Assembly: GCA_951406725.2 (NCBI GenBank)
Contig: OX597817.1
Coordinates: 136,276,001-136,340,000, forward strand
DNA: 64,000 nucleotides
Source: Octopus vulgaris
Lineage: Eukaryota
Direction: 5' to 3'
Both the position numbers and the translations under genes were made by a program. The notes under the pieces were generated by a model. The model saw only the letters and a program-made list of their open reading frames with translations. It ran no database searches and had not been told where the DNA came from. Of this stretch, positions 62,353 to 64,000 are shown piece by piece. The stretch's first letter is position 1, and each line of letters starts with the position of its first letter.

Positions 62353-62793
62353 TTGATAGGGTTGACTACAGAACAAACCAAGAACAAATTTCTGCCCACA
62401 GATACAACAGATGCTGTAGCCACTACATATAGACCAAGAAGACATACTGAATACTGCAAGAAAGATGTCCTCCACTTACAAAACAGACACGTCACTAAAA
62501 CACTGCAATAACAGAAAACAACAAGGATTTCACCTAACAAACTCAAAGTTGATATATTGTTGTTTATGTAACACTGTCAATAGTTAGTATAGTGTTGTTT
62601 ACTATTTGACACCAACAACAGTTAATATATTTTCTTTTGTTTTCAGTGACATTCACGATTTCAACTTCTTATTTATACAAGTGTATTTCTGTATGTCTTG
62701 TCCACATTACTTATGGAATAAATGTTTGGTAGTATTTAGTCTGCATGTGGGCATGTGGATGTACGTGCATCAATATATGAAAGGTGTATATAT

Positions 62794-64000
62794 ATCATCA
62801 TCATCATCATCATCATTTAGCGTCCGTTTTCCATGCTAGCATGGGTTGGACGGTTCAACTGGGGTCTGGGGAGCCCGAAGGCTGCACCAGGCCAGTCAGA
62901 TCTGGCAGTGTTTCTACAGCTGGATGCCCTTCCTAACGCCAACCACTCCGAGAGTGTAGTGGGTGATTTTATGTGCCACCGACACAGGTGCCAGACGAGG
63001 CTGGCGAACGGCCACGCTCGGATGGTGTTTTTATGTGCCACCGACACAGGTGCCAGACGAGGCTGGCAGACGGCCACGCTCGGATGGTGTTTTTATGTGC
63101 CACCGACACAGGTGCCAGATGAGGCTGGCGGACGGCCACGATCGGATGGTGTTTGTTACGTCCCCAAAGCACGGAGGCCAGTTTATGCGGTACTGGCTAC
63201 GGCCACGTTCGGATGATTTTCTTGTGTGCCACCGGCACGGGTACCACAAAGATACAAATTCCATTGATGTTCATCTATTTTGATTTGTTTTGATTTGATT
63301 TGATTTTCACTTGCCTCAACAGGTCTTCACAAGTGTCACAAGAAGGAAGGTATGCACAGGTGGACTGACTACGTCCCAGGTAGGGGCCACGGGTTATGGC
63401 CTGACTAGTCTTGCCGGGTCTTCGGATGGTGTTTTTATGTGCCACCGACACAGGTGCCAGATGAGGCTGGCGAATGGCCACGATCGGATGGTGTTTGTTG
63501 CGTGCCCACAGCACGGAGGCCAGTCGATGCGGTACTGGCTACGACCACGTTCGGATGGTTTTCTTGTGTGCCACCGGCACTGGTACCACAAGATACAAAT
63601 TCCATTGATGTTCATCTATTTTGATTTGATTTGATTTGATTTTCACTTGCCTCAACAGGTCTTCACAAGTGTCACAAGAAGGAAGGAAGGTATGCACAGG
63701 TGGACTGACTACGTCCCAAGTAGGGGCCATGGGTTATGGCCTGACTAGTCTTGCCGGGTCTTCGGTTGGTGTTTTTATGTGCCACCGACACAGGTGCCAG
63801 ATGAGGCTGGCGGACGGCCACGATCGGATGGTGTTTGTTATGTGCCCACATCACAGAGGCCAGTCGATGCGGTACTGGCTACGGCCACGTTCGGATGGTT
63901 TTCTTGTGTGCCACCGGTACTGGTACCACAAAGATACAAATTCCATTGATGTTCATCAATTTTGATTTGGTTTGATTTGATTTGATTTGATTTTGATTTT
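62794..64000 (-). mobile_element. Young RTE 3' end with a 341 bp tandem amplification of the ORF-end/UTR segment; runs off the window
   Basis: Terminus nearly identical to 23213-23400; gatacaaattccattgat recurs at 63251, 63592 and 63933. Confidence 0.9.

Overview
AT-rich, microsatellite-dense eukaryotic (animal) DNA with no host protein-coding exon that I can support; it reads as intron or intergenic sequence. The repeat families suggest an octopod cephalopod genome (inference, not checked). The window is a mosaic of mobile elements: a nearly intact ~4.3 kb RTE-clade LINE (23213-27513, minus strand; APE + RT with a PHD finger inside the RT; one nonsense codon and one frameshift; 15-unit structured tandem array in the 3' UTR), roughly 30 short RTE 3' ends, a decayed mariner, R4/Dong-type remnants at (TAA)n tracts, an L1/Tx1-like tail, at least four tRNA-derived SINE families, and TTAA, Tigger-like and foldback MITEs. 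The most unexpected signal is a set of about 8 type-I hammerhead ribozyme motifs of the minimal Penelope-like-element (PLE) kind. One belongs to a short three-copy element that joins a tRNA-like Pol III head, an (AAT)n spacer and a hammerhead; two copies are partly inverted, have 12-14 bp target-site duplications and share one fixed end. This looks like a non-autonomous ribozyme-bearing SINE/retrozyme. Most ORFs in the supplied track are microsatellite or repeat artefacts. All calls are by eye and boundaries of decayed elements are approximate.
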